Below, piece by piece: positions 9,783 through 19,145 of a stretch of 64,000 nt of DNA. The DNA is from Verrucomicrobiota bacterium (GTDB lineage Bacteria; Verrucomicrobiota; Verrucomicrobiia; JABWAM01). Where the stretch lies: contig JAHFSY010000015.1 of assembly GCA_023269615.1 (NCBI GenBank), positions 1 to 64,000 of the forward strand. The letters run 5' to 3'. Position 1 is the stretch's first letter. The number at the start of each line of letters is the position of its first letter. The notes under the pieces were generated by a model. The model worked only from the letters and a program-made list of their open reading frames with translations. It ran no database searches and was not told the DNA's origin. Both the position numbers and the translations under genes were made by a program.

Positions 9783-11096
9783 ATGTCTCTTCCCGCGCCG
9801 CGACCTGTGACTTCCACTGCCAATGTGCTGGCGGTCATCATGGGGGGCGGGCAGGGGACGCGGCTTTATCCGCTCACGAAGCTGCGCTCCAAGCCGGCGG
9901 TTCCGCTCGGCGCGAAATATCGCCTCGTGGACATCCCGATCAGCAACTGCATCAATTCCGAGATCCGCAAAATCTACATCCTCACGCAATTCAACAGCGC
10001 GTCGCTCCACCGCCACATTCTCGAGACCTACCGCTTCGATCATTTCTCAAACGGCGTTGTTGAAATTTGCGCCGCCCAGCAGACGCTCGACAACACGGGC
10101 TGGTACCAGGGCACCGCCGATGCCGTGCGCCAGAACCTGCGCTACTTTGCCGATCACCGTCCGGATTTCATCGTCATCCTCTCGGGCGACCAGCTCTACC
10201 GCATGGACTACCGCAAGGTGTTGCAGCAGCACCTGGAAACCTATGCCGACATCACCGTGGCCGTCATTCCTGTCCGGCGCAAGAGCGCGAGCGGTTTCGG
10301 CATCCTGCAGGTGAACGAGGAGCGGCGCATCACGCGCTTCGTGGAAAAGCCGAGGGAAGCCGCCGTGCTCGACGAGCTCAAGGTTGTCGACCCGCTCCTG
10401 TCGCATCTGGGCATCACGTCGTCGGAGGATCATTTCCTCGCGTCCATGGGCATCTATATTTTCGGCCGCAAGGTTTTGGATGATGTGCTGAACAACAACC
10501 TTGCGGATTTCGGCAAAGATATCATTCCCGCGGCCATCAGCACCCGTCGCGTGTTTGGTTACGTGCACCAGGGATATTGGGAAGACATCGGGACGATCCG
10601 CGCTTTTTTCGATGCGAACCTCGACATCACGCGGACGAAGCCGCAATTCGATTTTTTTGACCGCAACGCGCCGATCTACACGCGAACCCGTTACCTGCCC
10701 GCCTCAGCCATCGCGAGCGGCGACCTCAAGCAGACGGTGGTTGGCGATGGATGCAAGGTGGGTGAGGGCGCGCGCATGGAACGCGTCGTGATCGGGATCC
10801 GCTCGATGATCGGCGCGGGCTGCGAGTTTCGCGACAGCGTGGTGATGGGCAACGATTATTACGAGACCGACCAGATGATCGGCGAGAACGAGGCGCGCGG
10901 CCTTCCGCATCTGGGCATCGGTGACGGCTGCAAAATCCGGCACGCGATCATCGACAAAAACGTGCAGATCGGGGAACGCTGTGTGATCACCCCCGAGGGG
11001 AAGCCGGAAAATGTGGACCACGAACTCTACTGCATCCGCGACGGAATCGTGGTGGTTCCGAAGAACACGATCATTCCGGACAGAACAGTCATTTAA
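9783..11096 (+). CDS. glgC: Glucose-1-phosphate adenylyltransferase
   Basis: VIMGGGQGTRLYPLTKLRSKPAVPLGAKYRLVDIPISNCINS N-terminal nucleotide-binding signature, plus a C-terminal left-handed beta-helix region. Confidence 0.9.
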   Translation: MSLPAPRPVTSTANVLAVIMGGGQGTRLYPLTKLRSKPAVPLGAKYRLVDIPISNCINSEIRKIYILTQFNSASLHRHILETYRFDHFSNGVVEICAAQQTLDNTGWYQGTADAVRQNLRYFADHRPDFIVILSGDQLYRMDYRKVLQQHLETYADITVAVIPVRRKSASGFGILQVNEERRITRFVEKPREAAVLDELKVVDPLLSHLGITSSEDHFLASMGIYIFGRKVLDDVLNNNLADFGKDIIPAAISTRRVFGYVHQGYWEDIGTIRAFFDANLDITRTKPQFDFFDRNAPIYTRTRYLPASAIASGDLKQTVVGDGCKVGEGARMERVVIGIRSMIGAGCEFRDSVVMGNDYYETDQMIGENEARGLPHLGIGDGCKIRHAIIDKNVQIGERCVITPEGKPENVDHELYCIRDGIVVVPKNTIIPDRTVI

Positions 11097-11381
11097 TTTC
11101 GAAATTCGGATTGCGGATTGCGGAATGAAGGAGGGGGGATTCGGAATATGGAGTGCTCCGACTCGTCGGAGCTTTCGACGACGCGACTTGTCGCGTTCGC
11201 CTGGACCGTCGTCCTTTCCGAACAATTCGGCGGAAAGCTCCGGCGGCATTCCCAGGTTCATTATGCGCGTTTGATTCTTCGTTGAGCCAGATCGGCGTCA
11301 TGCCCGACTCTCGGTTGAAAAATTCCCTCGCTTATCTGCTCAAATCACATGCAACAATAATGCTTATATATATTTAACAAT

Positions 11382-12101
11382 ATGCATCTGGTGTATCTTG
11401 ATGAATCGGGAAACTCGGGCAACAACCTCAATGATCCGGAACAACCCCTGTTTCTTCTGTGCGCCTTGATTGTTCCGGAATCGAGATGGCTGGCAGTCGA
11501 GCGGGATCTTGAAACAACCCTCGAGGCGTATTTCCCCAAGCCGCGACCCGATCATTTTGAAATTCATGGAGCTGCGTTAAGAAGGGGTAAAGACTGTTTC
11601 ATGGGTTGTCCCGTCGGGAGGAGAATCGAGTTTCGCAACGAACTTCTGGGAACCGCACTCAAGCATGATTTGAGGATTGTGTATCGTCGCATTGTGAAGA
11701 AGCAGTATCAGGCCTGGCTCAAGCAACGCTTCGGTGGTGGTGTCATCATCAATCCTCACGTTGCGGCTTTTCCTCTCGTCGCTCGCGTGGTCGATGATTA
11801 TCTCAGACACATGCCAGATTCTCCCTTGGGAATGTTTGTCTTTGACGAGAACAAGGAGGTCGTTGCCGACCTTGAAAATTCCATAAAACTGCTGCGTGGC
11901 ATGGACGGGGCGTTGAAGCTTGGACGGATCATCGAGAAGGGTTTTTTCATCGACTCACGCAAAAGCCTTGTCCTGCAGCTTTGCGACCTTTGCGCATTTA
12001 CGATCCGTCGATACGAGGAGCGGAAAGAAACAAAGGCAGCCATGCATCCCGTGGATGAGCAAGGTTACCGGATGCTTGAGAAGCTCACACAAGGGGAATG
12101 A
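11382..12101 (+). CDS. DUF3800-family protein
   Basis: N-terminal VYLDESGN motif characteristic of DUF3800. It is preceded by an AT-rich 280-bp region and its GC is lower than the surrounding genes. Confidence 0.6.
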   Translation: MHLVYLDESGNSGNNLNDPEQPLFLLCALIVPESRWLAVERDLETTLEAYFPKPRPDHFEIHGAALRRGKDCFMGCPVGRRIEFRNELLGTALKHDLRIVYRRIVKKQYQAWLKQRFGGGVIINPHVAAFPLVARVVDDYLRHMPDSPLGMFVFDENKEVVADLENSIKLLRGMDGALKLGRIIEKGFFIDSRKSLVLQLCDLCAFTIRRYEERKETKAAMHPVDEQGYRMLEKLTQGE

Positions 12102-12324
12102 GGCATTGCAGGACGTTCTGGCATGGCTCGCAGCCCAAGCGAAAAAAAATAGCGGCCAGGGATAAATCCGGAGTCGGTTTTACAACCGGCCCACTACTGG
12201 TCGCTGCGGGTAACATAAACTTTTCTTGGCATGACGCAAGTCGAAAAGATCGAGTGACGAGTGACCTGAAGTAAACGTGGCTGCGGCGTCGACAGGCGGC
12301 GGGTTCTCCCTGTTCAGCGCCCCC

Positions 12325-12355
12325 TTCGACCCTCTCCCCCCGGCCTGGGAGAGAG
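12325..12355. terminator. Putative bidirectional stem-loop between the convergent DUF3800 and SPFH genes
   Basis: cctctcccc ccggcctg ggagagagg inverted repeat. The U-tract is weak. Confidence 0.3.
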
Positions 12356-12369
12356 GGTGTTGAGGGTTG

Positions 12370-14469
12370 TTACGCGGCCTCCTTTTTTGGAGCGGGCTCC
12401 CCTGCGGATTTGGGTGAATCCAGTCCCAATCCCGCCTTCTCGCTCACGAGGAGCGAGAGCAGCTGGTTGAGAAGGCCCAACGCCGGGCTCTCCTTTCCAT
12501 TTTGTCCTCCCATCACGAACAGGCGTTCGGGCACCAGTGGTTGTGTGCTGTGGCTCAGTTTGTCGGAGACAAGGCTCAATGCATAGAGCTTCGGGTCGGT
12601 GAACGCCTTCACTTTTTGCAGCGACACGGCGGCTTCGGCCATGCCGACTTGCGACGTTCTTGATGCTTCGCCTTTGCCCAGCAGTTCCTGCGAGCGGGAC
12701 TGACCCTGGGCCAGTTCCACATCGCGTTGCGCGAGACCCCGGGCTTCCGCCAGCTGGGCGTTGCCCCGGTTCTCTGCCACCTCGATGTTGATCTTGGTCT
12801 GCGTGAGTTCCGCCTGCTTGTCCGCGATGGCGCGGGCCTCGTTCAACTGCTTGAGCTGCATCGCCGCTTCCTGCTGCTTTGCGAACGTGGCCATCTGCTC
12901 CTGGGCCAGTCGCCGCGTGCGAAGCTGGTCGAAGAGCTGGTCAATCGGCTCGGGCCCATCCTTGACCTCATTCTTGGAATGGGGCCGTCCGATCAGGACC
13001 GCCACGCAGTTGATGTCGAATTCCTTGAAACGCCGCCCCAGTTCCTGGGTGGCCCGGCCCTGGATTTCCTCGCGCTTGGTAAGGAGGTCCAGCATGTTGG
13101 AGCTCTGCGCCACGTCACGGAAGTACGCCGTGAGGATGGGATCAAGCGTCTGGCTGATGAGACGTTTCACATCGCCAAAACGCTGCACCACGCTTGGCGC
13201 CTTCTCGTAGTCAATGTGCAGGACGAGCGAGAGCGGCATCACCGGCTCGTAACCATCCGCCGTGATGAGCTCCACGCTTGTGAGGTCCTTGTCGTACTGG
13301 TGCATCTCGACCTGGCCGGTGATCCAGCGCAGGACGAAGTTCACCGTCGGCACGAGCTCCACCTTCAACGCATACGGGTTGAGCGCGTATTTGCCGGGCA
13401 CGAGCGCCTGGCGCCACACGCCCCTCTGGTTGTGCTCCACCTGCTCGCCGTAACGGAACGAGTGGCCCGTGACGTCCACCCCCCTCGTGCCGTAGTACGA
13501 CACGACCACGCCCACGTACCCGATCGGGATGAGCGTCTTCGGCTTGATCTCGACCGTGGCAAACCAACGGTTGATGAAGAAGGTGCCGTCGGTGAGCACC
13601 TGCAACTGCTTGCCGCGCTTGCCTCCCAGGGAGAGAAACATCTCGGGATCCTGGAAGTAGTTGTGACTGCGTTCTTCATTCGTCGGAATCTCCGGCGCGA
13701 TGATCTCTCCCGATTCGATTGAGTGACCATCGTGCACGGTCACCACCCCGAGCGTGTCATTGAACGGGAGCTGGACCTCAATGCCCTTTTTCTCCAGCGC
13801 CTGGCCCAGGCCATGTTCCTTGCCGGCGTCGCCGATCACCACGGGACGGAATCCACCGATGACCGCGAGTTGCTCCTGCCAGACATGATACGGCGTGTCC
13901 TTGTTGTCGCGTGCGGAGCCTTCAAACACACGGTCCTCCGTGATCACCACGAAGAGGGCGAGGTTGATGGCGAACACGCCTTCGCGCAGGATCGCGCGCT
14001 GGCGCCCGCGCTGGCCGCCATTGGCCAGGAACGCCTGTGCATCCTGGAAGTGGTTGCAATCCACGGTGCGGCCGAGCGTTTGTGTCGGGGGCAGCGGTTG
14101 TCCGTCACGCGCGTACACGTAGCCGATCTGGCCCTCGCCCACGAAGACGAGGGGCAGCTTGTGGATACGGTACTGCCATGGGAAATAATTCAGGTGGACA
14201 CCGCCACGCAGAATTTCCCCCTGAAACCCGGCCTCGCCGTGGAGGGCGATAATGGCGCCGTCCTTGAGCGAGCCGGCATTGGACCAGAGCTTTTCCACGG
14301 TGCCGATCCGTCCGTGCGGAATGTAGCGGACACCCGAAAGCCAGATGCCCGTGATGGCCAGCGCGGTGAGTGTGAGCGGGTGGTGAATTCCAAAATACAC
14401 CACCAAACCTGCAAGGAACGCGATGAGCGCTCCCATCAATGTGAATACTTTCATAACTCTCCTTTCCAT
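12370..14469 (-). CDS. SPFH/band-7 flotillin-like membrane protein (699 aa) with an internally duplicated N-terminal module
   Basis: N-terminal TM helix. SPFH-like core (ELITADGYEPV...KAPSVVQRFG...LDPILTAYFRDVAQ). C-terminal flotillin-type EA-rich coiled coil (AQLAEARGLAQRDVELAQ). Duplicated segment: CNHFQDAQAFLANGGQRGRQRAILREGVFAIN vs HNYFQDPEMFLSLGGKRGKQLQVLTDGTFFIN. Confidence 0.6.
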   Translation of the reverse strand: MERRVMKVFTLMGALIAFLAGLVVYFGIHHPLTLTALAITGIWLSGVRYIPHGRIGTVEKLWSNAGSLKDGAIIALHGEAGFQGEILRGGVHLNYFPWQYRIHKLPLVFVGEGQIGYVYARDGQPLPPTQTLGRTVDCNHFQDAQAFLANGGQRGRQRAILREGVFAINLALFVVITEDRVFEGSARDNKDTPYHVWQEQLAVIGGFRPVVIGDAGKEHGLGQALEKKGIEVQLPFNDTLGVVTVHDGHSIESGEIIAPEIPTNEERSHNYFQDPEMFLSLGGKRGKQLQVLTDGTFFINRWFATVEIKPKTLIPIGYVGVVVSYYGTRGVDVTGHSFRYGEQVEHNQRGVWRQALVPGKYALNPYALKVELVPTVNFVLRWITGQVEMHQYDKDLTSVELITADGYEPVMPLSLVLHIDYEKAPSVVQRFGDVKRLISQTLDPILTAYFRDVAQSSNMLDLLTKREEIQGRATQELGRRFKEFDINCVAVLIGRPHSKNEVKDGPEPIDQLFDQLRTRRLAQEQMATFAKQQEAAMQLKQLNEARAIADKQAELTQTKINIEVAENRGNAQLAEARGLAQRDVELAQGQSRSQELLGKGEASRTSQVGMAEAAVSLQKVKAFTDPKLYALSLVSDKLSHSTQPLVPERLFVMGGQNGKESPALGLLNQLLSLLVSEKAGLGLDSPKSAGEPAPKKEAA

Positions 14470-14789
14470 GCCATCGAGGCATGAAAGAGCCTGCCCCCTG
14501 CGGAAAGGCAGACGGGTTGCGTGAAGGACTTGAGAGACTTTCGGACTCTTTTTGCCCTTGGTGTAGAGCTGACGAGGTTAGCTGTCGGGCTAGGGCCTTC
14601 CAAGTGCCCCTGGCACACCGCAGTGCCATGCGCCCCGATCCGCCTTCGCGGAATAAGTGGGTCCCCCGCTGGCCGGACACGGCGTCCAGCCATTAAGCGT
14701 GCAAAGAACTACAGTACTAGTACCACACTTTGGACAAAGCGCAAGTGGACGGGGCGCGTAGCTGCGTTCGCAAGAACACGGCCCGAGAC

Positions 14790-15197
14790 TCAAACGTGCG
14801 CGTGGGCGGACTTGAGCGCTTCGTCGACTTTGCGCCGCATTTCCTTGATCGAGAATGGTTTGCGGGCCCAGTTGTCGTAATGATTCTCGAGGGCCAGGCT
14901 TTCGACATCCTCGATGGATGTGCCGCTCATCAAGATGATCTTGATGTTGGGACTGAGGCGGCGAAGTTTGTTGCAGCTCTTCACACCGTTGCCGCCGGGC
15001 AAGTCGAAATCACTGATCACCAATTCCACCGGCGCATCCGGATTTTGCTCCAGCCACTCGACGGCAGCCAGCCCGCTTGGAAAGGTCATGCATTGGTGGT
15101 CCTTCAACACTTCGGCAAGCAGTGAACGGATCATCAACTCGTCATCCACGATCAGGATCAGTGGTGAAGTCCATTTCATATGGGTCTGAATATGCAC
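14790..15197 (-). CDS. Stand-alone response-regulator receiver (CheY-like)
   Basis: ILIVDDELMIRSLL...ISDFDLPGGNG...IILMSGTS. A REC domain with no output domain. Confidence 0.8.
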   Translation of the reverse strand: MHIQTHMKWTSPLILIVDDELMIRSLLAEVLKDHQCMTFPSGLAAVEWLEQNPDAPVELVISDFDLPGGNGVKSCNKLRRLSPNIKIILMSGTSIEDVESLALENHYDNWARKPFSIKEMRRKVDEALKSAHAHV

Positions 15198-15301
15198 AGC
15201 ATTTTTGGCATGTAAAATGTTATTTTAAGCCGATTAATAGTATCATTAGTTGAAGTGGGATCGACCCGGCAGCGGCCAAATCCTTGCGGATTCGGCTACA
15301 C

Positions 15302-16015
15302 TTAGAGGCTGTGCGCCAGCACTGCGGCGCCCATCAGGAAAATCAGGGCGGAACTCAGGATGGGGAGGAAGCGATTCCAGCGTTCGCTTTTTTCCCAGAA
15401 ATGATTCATCCATCGCGCGGCCTGTTGCATCGCCAGGCACATGGCCAGAACGACCAGGCCAAGGCCCGCGCTGAATACCGCCACCAGTGACAGTCCCCGC
15501 AGCGGGGACGCGGTGGTCCACGCGAGCACCAGGACCGTCACGCCGCTCATGCAGGGGACGATGCCGCTGCAGAAGCCGAGGGCGAAAATCTGCCGCAGCG
15601 ACGACGGGTTGGCGGCGTGGTCATGATCCAGGTGATGATGAAAAAAATGCCCGTGTGAATGGTCGTGGCAGCAGCTGTCGTGACGGTGAAATTTCACGCG
15701 TCTCTCGTTCCAGAACATCCACGCGCCGACGGTCATCATGAACCCTCCGCCAATCCGCCCGCCCCATGTCTCAACCGCAAGTTTGACCGCATGGCCCTCC
15801 AACCCGAGGCCGATTTTGTAACCCACGGCCGCCATTGCGTAGATGACCAGCGTGTGTGCGAGCGTCACCGTAAGCGCGAACATCACGGCTTCCAACGCCG
15901 TTCGTTTGCGATTCAGAAAATACGAGGCCAGCACCGCCTTGGCGTGGCTGGGCTCAAGACTGTGCATCAGCCCGAGCGCAAACGCATAGGCAAACGTGAG
16001 GGGCGCCTCGTTCAT
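15302..16015 (-). CDS. NicO/RcnA-family nickel/cobalt transporter with a His-rich loop
   Basis: HSLEPSHAK motif resembles the NicO H-x-x-EPGH-x-K signature. Central loop HRHDSCCHDHSHGHFFHHHLDHDH. About 6 TM helices. Confidence 0.65.
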   Translation of the reverse strand: MNEAPLTFAYAFALGLMHSLEPSHAKAVLASYFLNRKRTALEAVMFALTVTLAHTLVIYAMAAVGYKIGLGLEGHAVKLAVETWGGRIGGGFMMTVGAWMFWNERRVKFHRHDSCCHDHSHGHFFHHHLDHDHAANPSSLRQIFALGFCSGIVPCMSGVTVLVLAWTTASPLRGLSLVAVFSAGLGLVVLAMCLAMQQAARWMNHFWEKSERWNRFLPILSSALIFLMGAAVLAHSL

Positions 16016-16072
16016 GGGAAGCCCACTCTCCCGTGAAATGCCCTAAAAAGCAAATGATTTGCAGGTAACTTT

Positions 16073-17080
16073 TCAGCGCCCGACGAGCAGCTCGGCGATC
16101 TGGATGGCGTTGAGGGCGGCGCCCTTGAGCAACTGGTCGCCGCTGATGAACATCGCCAGGCCGTTGGAACCGGACAGGTCCTCGCGGAGGCGTCCCACCA
16201 GGATGTCGAACTCGCCCGTGGCCTCGATGGGCATCGGGAAATAGTTGCCGTCGCGGTCGTCCACGAGCTTCACGCCGGGAGATTTCTTGAGGATGCTTCG
16301 AGCCTCGTCCACGGTGAGCCTGCGCTCAGTCTCGATGAGAACGCTTTCGGAATGGGCGCGCAGGACGGGGACGCGGATGCACGTGGGGCAGATGGCGAGC
16401 CCGGGCTCGTGAAACATCTTGCGTGTTTCCTCGATGACCTTGTTCTCCTCCTCATTGTAGCCGTTTTCCGCCACGCGCGTGTTGTGCGAGAAGACGTTGA
16501 AGGCGATCTGGTGGGGCAGCACCTCCTTTTTCGCCGGGCGGCCGGCGAGGATGTCACGCGCCTGGGATTCGAGCTCGGCCATGGCCTTGGCGCCCGCGCC
16601 GCTGGCGGCCTGGTAGGTGGAGACCACGATGCGGCGGATGCGCGCCGCCTGGTGCAACGGCCAGAGCGGAACGACGAGGATCGCGGCCGAACAATTCGGG
16701 TTGGCGATGATGCCCTTGTGTTTCCTGAGATCGTCAGGGTTCACCTCGGGCACCACGAGCGGGATCTCGGGGTCCATGCGGAAGGCCGAGGAATTGTCCA
16801 CCACCACCGCTCCGGCGCGCACCGCGTGCGGTGCGAATTCACGCGAGCGCGTCGCGCCCGCGCTGAAGATTGCAATATCCACGCCGTCAAATGAATCCGC
16901 CGTCACCTGCTGGACCGCATGGGACTTGCCGTGAAACTTCATCTTTTTTCCGACGGAACGTTCCGAGGCAAGCAGCGTGAGCTTGCTGACGGGAAATTTC
17001 CGGCGCTCGAGCGTTGAGATGACTTCCACGCCGACAGCGCCCGTGGCACCGAGAACCGCAATGTGAGGATGGGATTTCAT
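16073..17080 (-). CDS. asd: Aspartate-semialdehyde dehydrogenase
   Basis: IAVLGATGAVG Rossmann N-terminus. Conserved active-site region NCSAAILVVPL and Asd-like C-terminus. Confidence 0.9.
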   Translation of the reverse strand: MKSHPHIAVLGATGAVGVEVISTLERRKFPVSKLTLLASERSVGKKMKFHGKSHAVQQVTADSFDGVDIAIFSAGATRSREFAPHAVRAGAVVVDNSSAFRMDPEIPLVVPEVNPDDLRKHKGIIANPNCSAAILVVPLWPLHQAARIRRIVVSTYQAASGAGAKAMAELESQARDILAGRPAKKEVLPHQIAFNVFSHNTRVAENGYNEEENKVIEETRKMFHEPGLAICPTCIRVPVLRAHSESVLIETERRLTVDEARSILKKSPGVKLVDDRDGNYFPMPIEATGEFDILVGRLREDLSGSNGLAMFISGDQLLKGAALNAIQIAELLVGR

Positions 17081-17203
17081 GGAAGATTAAGAATCGAAGG
17101 GCGGACAAGAAAAGCAAAAGGCGAATCGGAAGCAAGGGGAAAGAGGCGCATCTGGTTTTGGAATGTAGGAGCCGCTGCCAGCGGCGATCGTGGCCCGTGT
17201 TCG

Positions 17204-19012
17204 TCACGGCCTGCGGCCGAATTTCTTTTCCAGTTCCGCGAGGGTGAGGCGCAGGATCGTGGGGCGGCCGTGCGGGCAGGTGAGCGGGTGGGCGCAGGCT
17301 TGCAAATCGGAGAGCATCCGTTCCAGCTCCTCCCGTCGCAGCACGTCGTTGGCTTTCACGGCGTGACGACACACCGTCTTCGCCACGGTTTCCTCGGCGA
17401 AGCGGTCACGGTTGACGCCCTTCCCGGCTTCATCCAGTTGATCGAGAATGGACCGCATGAGTTGCGGGATGGTTTCGATCTTCACGAAGGGCGGCACGGC
17501 GTCCACGATAAAACTGCGGTCGCCGAATTCTGCGATGCCAAACCCCATTTTTTCCAGGAGGGGCAGCCGCGTGCGCAGCTCGATGGCGTCACGCGGCGGC
17601 AATTCCACCGTCTGGGGCAGCAGGAGGCGCTGCGAAGGCGCGGTGCCCTTCGCCATCCGCGCCATCATCTGGTCGAACAAAATCCGCTCGTGCGCCGCAT
17701 GCTGGTCCACGATGAGCAATCCTTCCTTGTCCATCGCAACCACGTAGAGGTTGGCGACAACGCCCAGAATCAAAGGATGAGGGATGAGGGATGAGGGATG
17801 AAGGGGGAGGTTGGGGATTTGAGATTTAAGATTTGAGATTTGAGATTCGGGAACAAGCGGCTGCTGAGCTGGAACCACGGGGCTTGTCGCAAACTGATTC
17901 TGGATTCTGGATTCTGCCTCCTGCCTCCTGCCTCCTGCCTCCTGCCTCCTTCCCCCTTCCTTTCCGAACCTCATTTCCAAGGGCGCTTGCGGCTGCGTGC
18001 TGCCCGCCGATGTTCCCAGCGCGCGGCGGACGGCCTCGATGATGCAGCCCTGCACCCGGGCGTCCTCGCGAAAACGCACCTCGCGCTTGGCGGGATGAAT
18101 GTTCACATCCACGGACGCCGGGTCCACGTCGAGAAAAAGAAAGCAGACGGGATAACGCCCGCGCATCAACGACGTGTGATATCCCTCGATGAGGCCATAA
18201 TAGATGGCGCGGCTGTCCACGGGACGCGAATTCACATAGCAGTAAAGTTCGCTTCGGTTGGAGCGGCTCAGCCCCGGCTTGCCGATGAGGCCGCGGATCT
18301 TCACGCCTTCGCGCGCAAAATCAACCGGCACGAGTTGCGACGCAAGTTGCGGCCCATGCAACGCCCGCACGCGCGCCAGCAGCGCCGCCTGCGGATCACC
18401 TGCGGCCGAGGGCGCCAGTTCGTGAATGAGGCGTTCATCCTGGTGAAGCGTCCACGCGATGTGCGGCTGGGCGATGGCGTGCAACAGGAAGACGTGATGC
18501 AGGTGTCCGAGCTCCGTGGGATCGGAGCGCAAAAATTTCCGGCGGGCGGGAAGGTTGTAAAAAAGATTTCTCACCTCGACCTGCGTGCCGGGCGCGCACC
18601 CGGCCTCCTTCACCGCGAGCAGTTTGCCGCCGTGGATGTCCACCTCCACGCCGGCGGGCGCCGCGGGTTCGCGCGAGAGCAGGCGGAATCGCGAAACCGA
18701 GGCGATGCTCGGGATGGCTTCGCCGCGAAACCCGAGCGTATGGATCGAGCCGATGTCCGCCGAGTCATGAATCTTGCTCGTGGCATGGCGTTCGATGCAG
18801 AGGAGCGCGTCATCCTTCCCCATCCCATGCCCGTTGTCGCCCACGCGGATGATGCTTTTGCCGCCGCCGCGGATTTCGATGCGGATGGCCGTGGCCTGTG
18901 CATCAATCGCATTTTCCACAAGCTCCTTGAGGACGGAAGCGGGACGCTCGATCACCTCGCCGGCGGCGATCTGGTTTGCGACGAGGTCAGGCAGGATTCG
19001 GATGCGGTTCAC
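17204..19012 (-). CDS. mutL: DNA mismatch repair protein MutL
   Basis: N-terminal GHKL ATPase (QIAAGEVIERPASVLKELVENAIDA). C-terminal dimerisation domain (LIVDQHAAHERILF). The linker is encoded largely by heptamer tandem repeats. Confidence 0.9.
   Translation of the reverse strand: MNRIRILPDLVANQIAAGEVIERPASVLKELVENAIDAQATAIRIEIRGGGKSIIRVGDNGHGMGKDDALLCIERHATSKIHDSADIGSIHTLGFRGEAIPSIASVSRFRLLSREPAAPAGVEVDIHGGKLLAVKEAGCAPGTQVEVRNLFYNLPARRKFLRSDPTELGHLHHVFLLHAIAQPHIAWTLHQDERLIHELAPSAAGDPQAALLARVRALHGPQLASQLVPVDFAREGVKIRGLIGKPGLSRSNRSELYCYVNSRPVDSRAIYYGLIEGYHTSLMRGRYPVCFLFLDVDPASVDVNIHPAKREVRFREDARVQGCIIEAVRRALGTSAGSTQPQAPLEMRFGKEGGRRQEAGGRRQEAESRIQNQFATSPVVPAQQPLVPESQISNLKSQIPNLPLHPSSLIPHPLILGVVANLYVVAMDKEGLLIVDQHAAHERILFDQMMARMAKGTAPSQRLLLPQTVELPPRDAIELRTRLPLLEKMGFGIAEFGDRSFIVDAVPPFVKIETIPQLMRSILDQLDEAGKGVNRDRFAEETVAKTVCRHAVKANDVLRREELERMLSDLQACAHPLTCPHGRPTILRLTLAELEKKFGRRP
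17773..17950. repeat. Three heptanucleotide tandem arrays inside the mutL linker-coding region
   Basis: 17773-17800 (ggatgag)n. 17814-17848 (gatttga/gatttaa)n. 17899-17950 attctgg attctgc (ctcctgc)x4. On the coding strand they translate to GGRRQEAGGRRQEA...SQISNLKSQIPNLPLHPSSLIPHP. Confidence 0.8.
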
Positions 19013-19026
19013 TTCCGCAGGCTAGG

Positions 19027-19075
19027 ATGGAAATGGGAAAATGGGAAATAGGAAATAGCCGATAGCCAATGGCCA
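19027..19075. repeat. Heptamer tandem arrays in the mutL / crtI-like divergent intergenic region
   Basis: ggaaatg ggaaaatg ggaaata ggaaata gccgata gccaatg gccaat. Confidence 0.65.
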
Positions 19076-19145
19076 ATCACTGATTGGAAAAAAGTCCATT
19101 TTGGCTTTTTCCCTGCCGACTCTCCTGCTACATCTTCCCATCCTT

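Noticed and set aside
14470-14790. 320-bp GC-rich intergenic region between the SPFH gene and the receiver gene, examined as a possible structured ncRNA (RNase P, tmRNA, SRP) or sigma-54 promoter (tggcacaccgcagtgcca)
   Set aside because: No match to conserved RNase P, tmRNA or 4.5S cores by eye. The TGGCAC-like sequence lacks the -12 TTGC at the correct spacing and is simply a short palindrome. Most likely a 5' UTR or promoter region.
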